DNA of 64,000 nucleotides, taken from positions 32,001 through 96,000 of the IMG/VR virus record IMGVR_UViG_3300031687_000001; one strand, written 5' to 3'. The notes below the pieces were generated by a model. The model was not told the DNA's origin. It was given only the letters and a program-made list of their open reading frames with translations, and did not search any database. This document shows, one piece after another, positions 10,707-21,451 of this stretch. The position numbers and the translations under genes are program-made. Each line of letters begins with the position of its first letter. Position 1 is the first letter of the stretch. This stretch comes from a virus.

Positions 10707-10892
10707 TTACGGTGACGTACCACCCGCATTAGGGTTCTGCCAACCACCGAAGGTTGCTGACAATGATATATTTGATGTTACACTTGGCGAAATAAATGCA
10801 CCTAGTTGTGACAATGATACTGTTCCAGATAATCCGAAATAGTTACGTACTGTGCCCATTGTAATGGTTACACCTGTTGCTGGTAATGCCAT
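10707..10892 (-). CDS. Small fibre-tip/adhesin-like protein, 61 aa
   Basis: AGGAG RBS; MALPATG-x-ITMG...LSQL...ISLS-x-TFGG resembles the N-terminal anchor of gp38-type adhesins that follow S74-chaperone fibres. Confidence 0.65.
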   Translation of the reverse strand: MALPATGVTITMGTVRNYFGLSGTVSLSQLGAFISPSVTSNISLSATFGGWQNPNAGGTSP

Positions 10893-10936
10893 GAGTTATT
10901 CTCCTTTTTTTGCTGATAACTAGTATCTGCTTTATA

Positions 10937-10985
10937 TATTTATCTTTATATAATATAGTTTAACATAGTTTTAATACTATGTCAA
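10937..10985 (-). promoter_or_regulatory. Tandem sigma70 promoter plus late box for the small protein/glycosyltransferase operon
   Basis: TTGACA(10980-85)-N17-TAAACT(10957-62), and ATAAATA at 10937-10943. Confidence 0.6.
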
Positions 10986-10993
10986 TAACCATA

Positions 10994-13900
10994 TTATCCT
11001 TTCTTTAATATATTTATCTCTTCTTGTAGTGAGTTTATTTGTAATTGTTGCTCTTTAACTGCTTCAATTAATAATCCAACCATGTTGCCATATGCTACTG
11101 ACTTCAATCCTTCGTCATTTGTATGAACTACTTCTGGGAACACTGATTCAACTTCTTGTGCAATAACACCAGTACTTTGTCTATTGTCCTTCTCAAACAT
11201 AACACCTCTGAGATTATTAACAGTGTCTACTGCGTTAGTGATTGTTTCCACATTATGCTTAAATCTAATATCGGAATATGCAGTCACATCGCCCGATGCC
11301 ACAATACTTCCAGTAACCGTTAAACCATTGGCACAATGCCACAAACCAGCGTCAGTACTATATGCCGACCAGGCATTAGCAGAGTTTAAAAACCCAATGT
11401 TGTTAGAATTACAGTGTATTGCCCTATTACCGTGATCGGTGTCGACCATGAATATATAAGAAGAAGTACCTGCTCCTACCGTCAAGTTTCCTGAAATACT
11501 ATCAGCCGTATCACTTCTTAAATACTGTGAACCTTGTAAACCATCAAGTAAGTCAGCATCTAAGCCTGAACCTGAACCATCTACTGTTTTAACTGCTGTC
11601 AATATCTGTGCTGCTGATTGGTCTGCTGTAGCACCGTTCTCTACGTTTAATAGAGTTCTTGCTCCTGCTGCTGTGTAACTTCTACCAAAAGTATCAGTTC
11701 CGTTTGTTCCAGTGAACAGACCCATTCCACTAGATGTACCACTAGTACTAAACGTACCTGTGCCGTTATAGAAGTTAGCGTATATGTAACCACTGGCACT
11801 TCTCTCTACGATGGTACTATTAGATTGATCCTGACTAGGTAACGCACCTCCTAAAGTACCAGCATTGATACCTCCTGTGCCATTTATGTCAACAGTCTTA
11901 ATAGCAGCAAGTATCTGTGACGCAGATTGATCTGCGGTTGCACCAGTTTCAATGCCGTTTAACTTGCTGTGATCTGCTGAAGTAAAGTTAATCTGCGAAA
12001 GACCACCATCACCTACAGAATAAGTCGTATCAGTAAATACTGCTGCCGCTGGTACATTAGTCAATACCTGACTATCATCTACCTTGCCATTTAACGATGT
12101 TTGCAATCCCGTGATAAACGAGATAGGGTGACTTGAAGGGTGAACATAATTGTTGGCACTCGTTGCGATGCCATCTAACTTAGTATTATCTGCTGTAGTG
12201 AAGTTTACTTGAGTTAAACCACCATTACCTACTGAGTAGGTAGTGTCAGTGAATAAAGCGCCAGATGGTACATTAGTCAATACTTGACTGTCGTCTACTT
12301 TGGCATTTAATGCTGTTTGCAATCCCGTGATAAACGAGATAGCGTGACTTGACGGGTGAACATAATTATTGGCACTCGTTGCGATGCCATCTAACTTAGT
12401 ATTATCTGCTGTAGTGAAGTTCTTTTCAGTTAAACCACCATCACCTACCAAATAAGTCGTATCAGTGTCTGCTGCCAATGCCGAAGACAACGCTGCATCT
12501 GCTTTACTAGTTGCATCTAATGCTGCTGCCGAAATTGCATCTGCTTCTGCGGTGTCTGCATATGATTGGTACGCTGTTGTTATTGCTGTTTCACGACCAT
12601 CTGTATACGAGTTCGCATTAGATTCTGCTGTGTTTGCCTTTGTAGTCGCATCTAAACTTGCAGTTGCAATTGCATCTGCTTCTGCGGTATCTGCATATGA
12701 TTGGTACGCTGTTGTAATTGCTGTTTCACGACCATCTGTATACGAGTTCGCATTAGATTCTGCTGTGTTTGCTTTAGTGGTCGCATCCAATGCTGCTGTT
12801 GCAATTGCAACTGCTTCTGCTGCATCTACATATGCTTTATGTGTTGCATGATTAGCATTTGTTATAGGACCGTTGATATCAACATCATTTGCAATGAAGC
12901 AATCTGCTTCCATTTTTCCTAATACAAAACTTGCATCTCCCGTGTTAATATCACCATTTGGTTCTGGATCATATTCACTAAACACTTTCCATGTCAATGC
13001 ACTTGCATCATAAAATACACCAATGTGAGTGTATCCCGGCGCTGATGTGCCAGTGTTAATGTTACTAAAAATACCACTGTCAATGGCTATCGGAGCAGCG
13101 AGTCCACTCCAAACATCGCCAATTGTGTGACCAGTGGTAGCAGAGAACTTAATTGTAATGTTATTGTCCAGTGCTTGATCTGTTCCGTCGATCGCAATAC
13201 CCGTTGCTACTGTTGTTGCAAAGTTATCCTTTGACCATTCAAATGTATCTGGAGTACTATTGGCATCTATTCGTACGTAATAAGTGACTGAGGTGGTACC
13301 TTCAAAGTACCCCCCAAGAACACCATCGTCTAATCCAGCACCAGTGAATATAGTGTTTGCTGCACCAATTGCATCACCTTGATTCAAGTAAATAAAACTA
13401 TCATCAACACTCAAGTTTGCTGAACCAACACTGACAGTAGATCCGGTAACAAATAAATCTCCACCAACCGTCAAATCGTTTGTTATATTTACATCGGTAG
13501 CGAGACCTACTGTAACTGCTGAAGTTTCACTGCCACTTCCCGTTACGACTATTTCATTAACTGTTCCTGCTACGGTAGCAATATAATTACCAGTGGTATC
13601 TGTTCCTAATGCAACACTGTTTGCATCAACACTTGCTGATTGTATATTTAATGAATCTATATATGCCTTTGTTGTCTTTCCATCAGTGTATGCGGTTGAT
13701 GCATTGATTGCATCTGCTTCTGAGATATCTGCATATGATTGATAAGCAGTTGTTATTGCCGTTTCACGACCATCTGTATATGAATTTGATGATGTGATTG
13801 CATCTGCTTCTGCTTGATCTGCATATGATTGGTACGCTGTTGTTATTGCTGTTTCACGACCATCTGTATATGAATTTGATGATGTGATTGCATCTGCTTC

Positions 13901-14941
13901 TGCTGTATCTGTATATGATTGGTACGCTGTTGTTATTGCTGTTTCACGACCATCTGTATATGAATTTGATGATGTGATTGCATCTGCTTCTGCGGTATCT
14001 GCATATGATTGGTACGCGGTTGTTATTGCTGTCTCACGACCATCTGTATATGAGTTTGATGCATTGATTGCATCTGCTTCTGCGGTATCTGCATATGATT
14101 GGTACGCGGTTGTTATTGCTGTCTCACGACCATCTGTATATGAGTTTGATGCATTGATTGCATCTGCTTCTGCAACATCCGTATAACCTTGTAGTGCTGT
14201 AGTTTGTAGTTCATCTGCTGCGATATATGCATCTGTGACAACGGTATCTGCTGCGATATATGCATCTGTGACAACGGTATCTGCTGCGATATATGCATCT
14301 GTGACAACCACGTCTGCTGCGACATATGCATCTGTGACAACCACGTCTGCGTCGTCTGCGTACAATTGGTACGCCGTGGTTATTGCTGTTTCACGACCAT
14401 CTGTATACAAGTTTGATGATGCGATTGCATCAAGTTCTGCTTGATCTGTATACGATTGGTACGCCGTGGTTATTGCTGTTTCACGACCATCTGTATACAA
14501 GTTTGATGATGCGATTGCATCAAGTTCTGCTTGATCTGTATAACCTTGTAGTTCTGTAGTTTGTAGTTCATCTGCATCGATATATGCAGTTGTTGTTGCC
14601 GCGATGAGATCATCTACATACGTTGCAATATCACCTCTTGGGAATAAAGTGACATCAAGTACTGCTATCATACCCTGCGATTCACCACCACCTGATACTT
14701 CGTACAAATGATCTGGTAACGTATACTCTCTATCGGCAGTCAATGTAGTCGCTTTTAATCTCCCCTCAAAATCATCAGGAGGAGATGAACCTTCAAATGT
14801 AAGAGAGGTGTTAGCAGGAATATATATTTCTCCACCATCGCCTGGATATAATACAAGATCCTTATCTAGTGCAGATTCAACTCTTGTTCCACCACCTATG
14901 TCTATATCTATTACTGTTTGATTACCTACTTTAAAAGCCAC
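10994..14941 (-). CDS. Long tail fibre with C-terminal intramolecular chaperone (peptidase S74), 1315 aa
   Basis: GTG start; 30-aa and 11-aa coiled-coil repeats; GSGLDADLLDG; TAYSDIRFK...GVIAQEV...VAYGN chaperone motifs. Confidence 0.85.
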   Translation of the reverse strand: MAFKVGNQTVIDIDIGGGTRVESALDKDLVLYPGDGGEIYIPANTSLTFEGSSPPDDFEGRLKATTLTADREYTLPDHLYEVSGGGESQGMIAVLDVTLFPRGDIATYVDDLIAATTTAYIDADELQTTELQGYTDQAELDAIASSNLYTDGRETAITTAYQSYTDQAELDAIASSNLYTDGRETAITTAYQLYADDADVVVTDAYVAADVVVTDAYIAADTVVTDAYIAADTVVTDAYIAADELQTTALQGYTDVAEADAINASNSYTDGRETAITTAYQSYADTAEADAINASNSYTDGRETAITTAYQSYADTAEADAITSSNSYTDGRETAITTAYQSYTDTAEADAITSSNSYTDGRETAITTAYQSYADQAEADAITSSNSYTDGRETAITTAYQSYADISEADAINASTAYTDGKTTKAYIDSLNIQSASVDANSVALGTDTTGNYIATVAGTVNEIVVTGSGSETSAVTVGLATDVNITNDLTVGGDLFVTGSTVSVGSANLSVDDSFIYLNQGDAIGAANTIFTGAGLDDGVLGGYFEGTTSVTYYVRIDANSTPDTFEWSKDNFATTVATGIAIDGTDQALDNNITIKFSATTGHTIGDVWSGLAAPIAIDSGIFSNINTGTSAPGYTHIGVFYDASALTWKVFSEYDPEPNGDINTGDASFVLGKMEADCFIANDVDINGPITNANHATHKAYVDAAEAVAIATAALDATTKANTAESNANSYTDGRETAITTAYQSYADTAEADAIATASLDATTKANTAESNANSYTDGRETAITTAYQSYADTAEADAISAAALDATSKADAALSSALAADTDTTYLVGDGGLTEKNFTTADNTKLDGIATSANNYVHPSSHAISFITGLQTALNAKVDDSQVLTNVPSGALFTDTTYSVGNGGLTQVNFTTADNTKLDGIATSANNYVHPSSHPISFITGLQTSLNGKVDDSQVLTNVPAAAVFTDTTYSVGDGGLSQINFTSADHSKLNGIETGATADQSASQILAAIKTVDINGTGGINAGTLGGALPSQDQSNSTIVERSASGYIYANFYNGTGTFSTSGTSSGMGLFTGTNGTDTFGRSYTAAGARTLLNVENGATADQSAAQILTAVKTVDGSGSGLDADLLDGLQGSQYLRSDTADSISGNLTVGAGTSSYIFMVDTDHGNRAIHCNSNNIGFLNSANAWSAYSTDAGLWHCANGLTVTGSIVASGDVTAYSDIRFKHNVETITNAVDTVNNLRGVMFEKDNRQSTGVIAQEVESVFPEVVHTNDEGLKSVAYGNMVGLLIEAVKEQQLQINSLQEEINILKKG
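13720..14570. repeat. Coding tandem repeats (90-bp and 33-bp units) in the fibre gene
   Basis: Repeated AEADAITSSNSYTDGRETAITTAYQSYADT (30 aa) and DTVVTDAYIAA (11 aa). Confidence 0.85.
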
Positions 14942-15065
14942 TTTATATCTCCCTTATATTTACTACCATGGGACATCTAGTCTGTCCCTATATGAATGTT
15001 GTTTACTGTTAGTATTTATCTTTTTTAAATTATATACATAGTTAATATGTTACCTTTATTTAGAG

Positions 15066-15120
15066 CAAAAAAAAGACCCCCGAAGGAGTCTTTTATAAGT
15101 GTTTTATAAGTGTTTTATAA
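15066..15120 (-). terminator. Intrinsic terminator preceded by an 11-bp tandem repeat
   Basis: Minus-strand AAAAGACTCC-TTCG-GGGGTCTTTTTTTT; TTTTATAAGTG repeated ~3 times at 15091-15120. Confidence 0.8.
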
Positions 15121-15121
15121 T

Positions 15122-17131
15122 TTACTTACTTTTCAATACATCAATTTCTGCTTTCAATTCCTTGACTGCTTCAATTAATAGTGCTACGATATTTCCGTAA
15201 GCCACCGAGTAATGATCATCTTCTGATCCAGGTGTGCTATTTGGTCCACCAGTAACTGCTTCAGGTAATACTTTTAGTACTTCCTGTGCAATAACACCGA
15301 CATGTCTGTCAGTAGGATTATGTGCGTATACAGTAGGCACTTCTTCCGGTGTTGCCGGAGTAAGGTCTGTTCTATCATACGTATAACCATTTAGTTGACA
15401 TACTTTGTCCAATGCATCTGGAATTATCTCAAGATTTTCCTTAACACGTTCGTCTGAGTATGCAGTAACGTTACCTGAAGTCCAGATACTATCACCAATT
15501 GCAGAACGAGTAGTACCAGCAGACATATATGCTGCGTGATGACCTGCGATCTTGCGTCCGTTTGCGTTTGTGTTATTAGAATGAGTCCATGCTATTCCGT
15601 AGAAATTGCCTGGCGCTACACCATTATCATCTAATGTATACGCTGCGCCCATACTATAAACTTGTTGGAATTTAGTAGCTGAATATAATCCAGTTACACC
15701 GTGTCCGTAGTTTGAACCGAATGTGATATTGTTAGATACATTACCACCACTCGTTGGCAAATATGCGTGAGTATGTGAGTTCTTAGTTGATCCTTGATTC
15801 AAGATATAAGGAGCCAATGAAGCTGGCGTCATATATCTCAAATAAGAATCATTTGATGCATATATACGAGCTGGTGCTGATGTACTTGCGCCCGATGCAG
15901 TGTTAATCCAACCGAAGTTAGCGTAACCATTGGCATCTGTGCGAACGACTTTGTTGGCAGCATTGTTAGTTGTACCATTCAATGTCAATCCATCTACTGT
16001 TCCAGCGTTCAATCCAGCAGTACCGTTACTATCAACTGTTTTAAGAGATGCTAATAATTGTGCCGAAGTTTGATCTGCTGTTGCACCTGACTCAATGCCG
16101 TTTAACTTAGTATGATCTGTTGATGTAAAGTTGATCTGTGAAAGACCACCATCGCCTACTGAATAAGTAGTGTTAGGCCAAGACCTGTCATAAGCCGCTT
16201 TAACTGCTGCTGATGATGCAGATACAGATGTGCTTGTTGATGTTACGCTATTTGAAATTGCGCGATGAGTATTGGTGTCCTGTGCATCTGCATAAACCTT
16301 TGCTGATGCCAATGCTGCGTTTGCTTTAGTAGTCGCATCTGCTGCTGCCGTAGAAGCCGCTGATGATGTAACACTTGCGATTGCTGAACTTAGTTCTGAA
16401 TCAGTTGCCATTGCATCTTGGATTTCTTTAAGCGTATTAAATGCTGCGCCTGCGCCATTAGTTACGTCTGCAACTGCACCTGCTCTTGCTGCGTTTGCTT
16501 TACTAGTTGCGTCTGCTGCTGCTGCTGAGATTGCTTGTGACTTTGCATTATTTGCTTTAGTAGTTGCATCAGAACTTGCTGCTGATTCTGCATCTGCTTC
16601 TGCTTGATCTGCATATGCCTTTGCTGATACCAATGCTGCGTTCGCTTTGGTAGTCGCATCACTTGCTGCTGCTGAGATTGCTTGTGACTTTGCATTATTT
16701 GCTTTAGTAGTTGCATCAGAACTTGCTGCTGAGATTGCTTGTGACTTTGCATTATTTGCTTTAGTAGTTGCATCAGAACTTGCTGCTGATTCTGCATCTG
16801 CTTCTGCTTGATCTGCATATGCCTTTGCTGATACCAATGCTGCGTTCGCTTTACTAGTTGCATCACTTGCTGCTGCTGCTTTTACTTCTGCTGGCGAATC
16901 AACACCTGAGCCATTATCGGTTGTCAACATGGTAGTTGCTAAGATAGAAATGTTACGTTCCATATCTGCTGCTCTACGAAGCGATGACTTGGAACCAGAC
17001 ATAGAAATCTCGTTATCACCTAATGTTCCAGTTGATTCAACTAAATCACCTGTTGGACTGTACTTATATTTTTTGTTTTTGTCTAATGACACACTTGTCA
17101 TTACACCATTCTTTTTAATTTTTCTTGACAT
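15122..17131 (-). CDS. Receptor-binding tail fibre paralogue (MSRKIKK family, SPT type) with S74 chaperone, 669 aa
   Basis: Shared N-terminus, Ala-rich SDATTKAN repeats, HTH motif, AYSDERVK...GVIAQEV...VAYGN. Confidence 0.85.
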   Translation of the reverse strand: MSRKIKKNGVMTSVSLDKNKKYKYSPTGDLVESTGTLGDNEISMSGSKSSLRRAADMERNISILATTMLTTDNGSGVDSPAEVKAAAASDATSKANAALVSAKAYADQAEADAESAASSDATTKANNAKSQAISAASSDATTKANNAKSQAISAAASDATTKANAALVSAKAYADQAEADAESAASSDATTKANNAKSQAISAAAADATSKANAARAGAVADVTNGAGAAFNTLKEIQDAMATDSELSSAIASVTSSAASTAAADATTKANAALASAKVYADAQDTNTHRAISNSVTSTSTSVSASSAAVKAAYDRSWPNTTYSVGDGGLSQINFTSTDHTKLNGIESGATADQTSAQLLASLKTVDSNGTAGLNAGTVDGLTLNGTTNNAANKVVRTDANGYANFGWINTASGASTSAPARIYASNDSYLRYMTPASLAPYILNQGSTKNSHTHAYLPTSGGNVSNNITFGSNYGHGVTGLYSATKFQQVYSMGAAYTLDDNGVAPGNFYGIAWTHSNNTNANGRKIAGHHAAYMSAGTTRSAIGDSIWTSGNVTAYSDERVKENLEIIPDALDKVCQLNGYTYDRTDLTPATPEEVPTVYAHNPTDRHVGVIAQEVLKVLPEAVTGGPNSTPGSEDDHYSVAYGNIVALLIEAVKELKAEIDVLKSK

Positions 17132-17151
17132 TATTTTATCTCCTTAAAGAT

Positions 17152-17262
17152 ATTGATTGATACGAAGAATATACTCTGTATATTCCAGTGTTTATGATAA
17201 TCATAACTTTTATGATAATCATAAACTAAGCAGGGAGTTAAACTCCCTACGTTTGATCAATT
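17152..17262 (-). ncRNA. Structured intercistronic cis-element, copy 1
   Basis: Three hairpins with conserved linkers, homologous to 21452-21545 with compensatory changes. Confidence 0.6.
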
Positions 17263-17266
17263 TATA

Positions 17267-19117
17267 CTACTTTTTTAATTTAGCAATTTCCGCTGCTTGA
17301 CTTTCTACCATTGATTTTAGTTCTTTTATAGACTCAATCAATAACGGAACCATACGCTCATATTGTACAGTTTTATAATCTGTACCATTGTCGCTATTAA
17401 TCGGTGCTGATTTAACAACCTCTGGCATTACTGCTTCAACTTCTTGTGCTGATACACCAACTTGCTGAACATCAGTATCATACCCAAGTTCGCCTGCTAC
17501 ATCATTACCAGTGTAATGATAGCCATTTAGTTGCGATACCTTGTCTAATGCATTCTCGATCTTACCACTAAAGTTCTTTAGACGCTCATCTGAGTAGTAT
17601 GCTGTTACTTCACCAGTTGCAGATATATTGGCAGCTCTAAAATTTTCATAGCCAGTGCCTGGATTGTTTCGTATTGTTATCGTACCGTCCGTCTCCATAG
17701 AGATATTTGATGCGACAACGCCGCCCCAATGCATACCGATTCTAGGAGCTGACATTCCAACACCCGATCCATATCCACCTTCTCTAACCTCAATTCCCGC
17801 GTCACCGTATCCAGTAGATGTTTGTGATGCTGATGCAAACTCATGGTTTCCTAAATGATTACCACCTGCTCGCAAACTTAAATGACCCGATGCAGTATCA
17901 GTAGCATCTGATCGTAGGAATTGCGAACCTTGAACTCCATCTAATAAATCAGCATCTAAGCCAGAGCCAGAACCGTCGTTTTGGTTATCCCAAATCTTGC
18001 GCCATGAACCCCAAGTACCGCTATTCATGCCACGTGACGATAATTCGCCTGTTCTAAAGTTACTGAATATCTGAGATACCCATGATGTGCTATGAGCTGC
18101 TACAAACATACCGCCATCTGAGAAACCTGCTGCGCTTGCAGCGTTGCAATAACCAATTGTGTTTGCGGTGGCGGAGTCAATTGCTAAAGCATTGCCAGTG
18201 TTGCGAGATGTAAACGTAGACCCCGCAAAGTTATAAGTCGTGTTAGGCCATGATCTATCATATGCTGCTTTAACTGCCGCTGATGATGCAGATATAGACG
18301 TGCTAGTTGATGTTACACTATTTGAAATACCACGCCATGTATTAGTATCTGTGTCATTTGCATCTGCATAAACCTTTGCTGCTGCCAATGCTGCGTTTGC
18401 TTTAGTAGTTGCATCTGCTGATGCTGTCGCCGCTGCTGATGATGTAACACTTGAGATCGCTGAACTTAGTTCCGAATCGGTTGCCATTGCATTTTGGATT
18501 TCAACTAAAGTATCAAATGCCGCCCCTGCGCCATTAGTTACTGCTGCAATTGCTGCTGTCTTTGCTGCGTTTGCTTTTGTAGTCGCATCACTTGCTGCTG
18601 CTGAAATTGCTTGTGACTTTGCATTATTTGCTTTGGTAGTCGCATCACTTGCTGCTGATGAAATTGCTTGTGACTTTGCATTATTTGCTTTGGTAGTCGC
18701 ATCACTTGCTGCTGATGAAATTGCTTGTGATTTTGCATTATTTGCTTTACTAGTTGCATCTGAACTTGCTGCTGATTCTGCATCTGCTTCTGCTTGATCT
18801 GCATATGCTTTTGCTGATACTAATGCTGCGTTTGCTTTAGTAGTTGCATCACTTGCTGCTGCTGCTTTTACTTCTGCTGGCGAATCAACACCTGCGCCGT
18901 TATCGGTTGTCAACATGGTAGTTGCTAATATGGAAATATTACGTTCCATATCTGCTGCTCTACGAAGCGATGACTTGGAACCAGACATAGAAATCTCGTT
19001 ATCGCCTAATGTTCCAGTTGATTCAACTAAATCACCTGTTGCATCATACTTATATTTTTTGTTTTTGTCTAATGACACACTTGTCATTACACCATTCTTT
19101 TTAATTTTTCTTGACAT
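17267..19117 (-). CDS. Receptor-binding tail fibre paralogue (MSRKIKK family, DAT type) with S74 chaperone, 616 aa
   Basis: Shared N-terminus, distinct tip, YYSDERLK...GVSAQEVE. Confidence 0.85.
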   Translation of the reverse strand: MSRKIKKNGVMTSVSLDKNKKYKYDATGDLVESTGTLGDNEISMSGSKSSLRRAADMERNISILATTMLTTDNGAGVDSPAEVKAAAASDATTKANAALVSAKAYADQAEADAESAASSDATSKANNAKSQAISSAASDATTKANNAKSQAISSAASDATTKANNAKSQAISAAASDATTKANAAKTAAIAAVTNGAGAAFDTLVEIQNAMATDSELSSAISSVTSSAAATASADATTKANAALAAAKVYADANDTDTNTWRGISNSVTSTSTSISASSAAVKAAYDRSWPNTTYNFAGSTFTSRNTGNALAIDSATANTIGYCNAASAAGFSDGGMFVAAHSTSWVSQIFSNFRTGELSSRGMNSGTWGSWRKIWDNQNDGSGSGLDADLLDGVQGSQFLRSDATDTASGHLSLRAGGNHLGNHEFASASQTSTGYGDAGIEVREGGYGSGVGMSAPRIGMHWGGVVASNISMETDGTITIRNNPGTGYENFRAANISATGEVTAYYSDERLKNFSGKIENALDKVSQLNGYHYTGNDVAGELGYDTDVQQVGVSAQEVEAVMPEVVKSAPINSDNGTDYKTVQYERMVPLLIESIKELKSMVESQAAEIAKLKK

Positions 19118-19144
19118 GGTTTGGAATTCCTTTATTTAACATCT

Positions 19145-19182
19145 CGTCAGATCTTACTAACGCAGTGCTTATTGGTATTTAT
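19145..19182 (-). promoter_or_regulatory. Late promoter followed by the UAAGAU hexaloop leader hairpin
   Basis: ATAAATA (19176-82), then CGTTAG-TAAGAT-CTGACG (19145-62). Confidence 0.65.
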
Positions 19183-19231
19183 GCCATATTTATGAAAGTT
19201 AACAACCTATATTCATAAATAAAATCCAAAT

Positions 19232-19256
19232 AAAAACGCCCACTGTGGGCGTTTTT
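19232..19256 (-). terminator. Intrinsic terminator
   Basis: AAAAACGCCCAC-T-GTGGGCGTTTTT inverted repeat. Confidence 0.85.
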
Positions 19257-19284
19257 CTTCTTATAGTACTAAGTACTTTATAGA

Positions 19285-21402
19285 CTAGCGATTTGCTTTT
19301 AACTCATCAATTTGAACTTGTTGTTCTTTGATTGCTTCAATAAGCAATGCAACTAGATTACCGTATGCTACAGAGTAATGATCATCTTCTGATCCTTCAT
19401 TGCTGTTAGGACCGCCAGAAACTGCTTCTGGTAGTACAGCAAGAACTTCTTGTGCTATAACGCCAACATATCTATTTTTAGGATTATGAGCGTAAATAGT
19501 ACCTTCTTCCTCTGGAGTTGCTGGTTGCTTATCAGTTCTGTCGTATGTGTAACCATTTAACTGCTTGACTTTATCAATAGCGTTAGGTATTACTTCTAGG
19601 TTGTCTTTAACCCTTGCATCTGAATATGCAATCACATCGCCAGAAGTCCAAACATTAGAACCCATAGCTGATGTTGGGCCACCATTCTGACACCAAACCA
19701 TCTGATGTCCACTAGCCAACGCACCACCAGTAGCATTGTTAGTATGCTTATAGGCTAGACCATAAAGGTTTCCGAAGTTAACTCCAGTTGCGCTAGATTT
19801 ATAAGCAGTTCCCATAGACCAGATGTGGGTAGGGTTGGTTGAGTCATAATGTCCGTAAACACCTCTGTCACGATAAGCAGTTTCGTTTACTAAGTAACCA
19901 CGTTGGTAGATAGTGTTGTTCTGATAGTCAGTTGCGTCACTACGCATATAACTAGCACCATTGACACCGTCTAATAAGTTTGCATCGGCAGCCTTGGCAG
20001 TTAAACCTAAGTAGCTATGAGTGTGTCCATCAACACTAACGCCAACAGAATCACAGTACGACTTAAATGCACCGCTAGTCATAAACCTTGTGTAGTTATC
20101 AGAAGTGGAGTTGTTTCTGAACGCAATATCCGCAGTTGTTGCTGGTGCAGTACTTTGCTCCGCATAGTTTGATCGAAATAGTCTGGCAGTTATATCCGCT
20201 GCGCTATCTCGCTCTGCTACTGTATTAGCGGTTGCTGCTGAAGTAAGAGCATGACCATCTAATCTACCAGCGTTAATACCACCAGAGCCGTCAACATCTA
20301 CTGTCTTAATAGACGCTAATAGTTGAGCTGCTGATTGATCTGCTGTTGCTCCTGATTCAATGCCGTTTAACTTGCTGTGATCAGCCGAAGTAAAGTTAAT
20401 CTGTGAAAGACCACCATCACCTACAGAATAGGTTGTGTTAGGCCAAGATCTATCGTAAGCAGCCTTTACTGCTGCTGATGATGCTGATACAGATGTGCTA
20501 GTCGATGACGTGCTATTTGAAATACCGCGCCATGTATTAGTATTGGCATCATTTGCGTCTGCATAAACTTTTGCTGCTGCTAATGCTGCGTTTGCTTTAG
20601 TAGTCGCGTCTGCTGATGCAGTTGCTGCTGCTGACGAAGTAACACTTGAGATTGCTGAACTTAGTTCTGAATCAGTTGCCATTGCATTTTGGATTTCAAC
20701 TAAAGTATCAAATGCTGCGCCTGCGCCATTAGTTACTGCTGCAATTGCTGCTGCTTGTGCTGCATTTGCTTTGGTAGTCGCATCACTTGCTGCTGCTGAG
20801 ATCGCCTGTGATTTTGCATTATTTGCTTTAGTAGTCGCATCTGATGCTGCTGCTGATTCTGCATCTGCTTCTGCTTGATCTGCATATGACTTTGCTGATG
20901 CCAATGCTGCGTTTGCTTTTGTAGTCGCATCACTTGCTGCTGCTGAGATCGCCTGTGACTTTGCATTGTTTGCTTTAGTAGTCGCATCTGAACTTGCTGC
21001 TGATTCTGCATCTGCTTCTGCTTGATCTGCATATGCTTTTGCTGATACCAATGCTGCGTTTGCTTTAGTAGTCGCATCACTTGCTGCTGCCGAGATTGCT
21101 TGTGACTTTGCATTGTTTGCTTTAGTCGTTGCATCTGTTGCTGCTGCTGCTTTTACTTCTGCTGGCGAATCTATACCTGCGCCATTATCGGTTGTCAACA
21201 TGGTAGTTGCTAAGATAGAAATGTTACGTTCCATATCTGCTGCTCTACGAAGCGATGACTTAGAACCAGATATAGAAATCTCGTTATCACCTAATTCACC
21301 AGTTGATTCAACTAAATCACCTGTTGGGCTGTACTTATATTTTTTGTTTTTGTCTAATGACACACTTGTCATTACACCATTCTTTTTAATTTTTCTTGAC
21401 AT
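19285..21402 (-). CDS. Receptor-binding tail fibre paralogue (MSRKIKK family, SPT type) with S74 chaperone, 705 aa
   Basis: Shared N-terminus, HTH motif, chaperone very similar to that of 15122..17131. Confidence 0.85.
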   Translation of the reverse strand: MSRKIKKNGVMTSVSLDKNKKYKYSPTGDLVESTGELGDNEISISGSKSSLRRAADMERNISILATTMLTTDNGAGIDSPAEVKAAAATDATTKANNAKSQAISAAASDATTKANAALVSAKAYADQAEADAESAASSDATTKANNAKSQAISAAASDATTKANAALASAKSYADQAEADAESAAASDATTKANNAKSQAISAAASDATTKANAAQAAAIAAVTNGAGAAFDTLVEIQNAMATDSELSSAISSVTSSAAATASADATTKANAALAAAKVYADANDANTNTWRGISNSTSSTSTSVSASSAAVKAAYDRSWPNTTYSVGDGGLSQINFTSADHSKLNGIESGATADQSAAQLLASIKTVDVDGSGGINAGRLDGHALTSAATANTVAERDSAADITARLFRSNYAEQSTAPATTADIAFRNNSTSDNYTRFMTSGAFKSYCDSVGVSVDGHTHSYLGLTAKAADANLLDGVNGASYMRSDATDYQNNTIYQRGYLVNETAYRDRGVYGHYDSTNPTHIWSMGTAYKSSATGVNFGNLYGLAYKHTNNATGGALASGHQMVWCQNGGPTSAMGSNVWTSGDVIAYSDARVKDNLEVIPNAIDKVKQLNGYTYDRTDKQPATPEEEGTIYAHNPKNRYVGVIAQEVLAVLPEAVSGGPNSNEGSEDDHYSVAYGNLVALLIEAIKEQQVQIDELKANR

Positions 21403-21423
21403 TTTTACATCTCCTAAATGAAA

Positions 21424-21450
21424 ATACCGTCAATGAATCATTGACGGTAT
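21424..21450 (-). terminator. Terminator/attenuator-like hairpin in the leader of a fibre gene
   Basis: Perfect 13-bp inverted repeat ATACCGTCAATGA-N-TCATTGACGGTAT followed by a T-rich tract on the minus strand, just before the RBS. Confidence 0.55.
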
Positions 21451-21451
21451 C

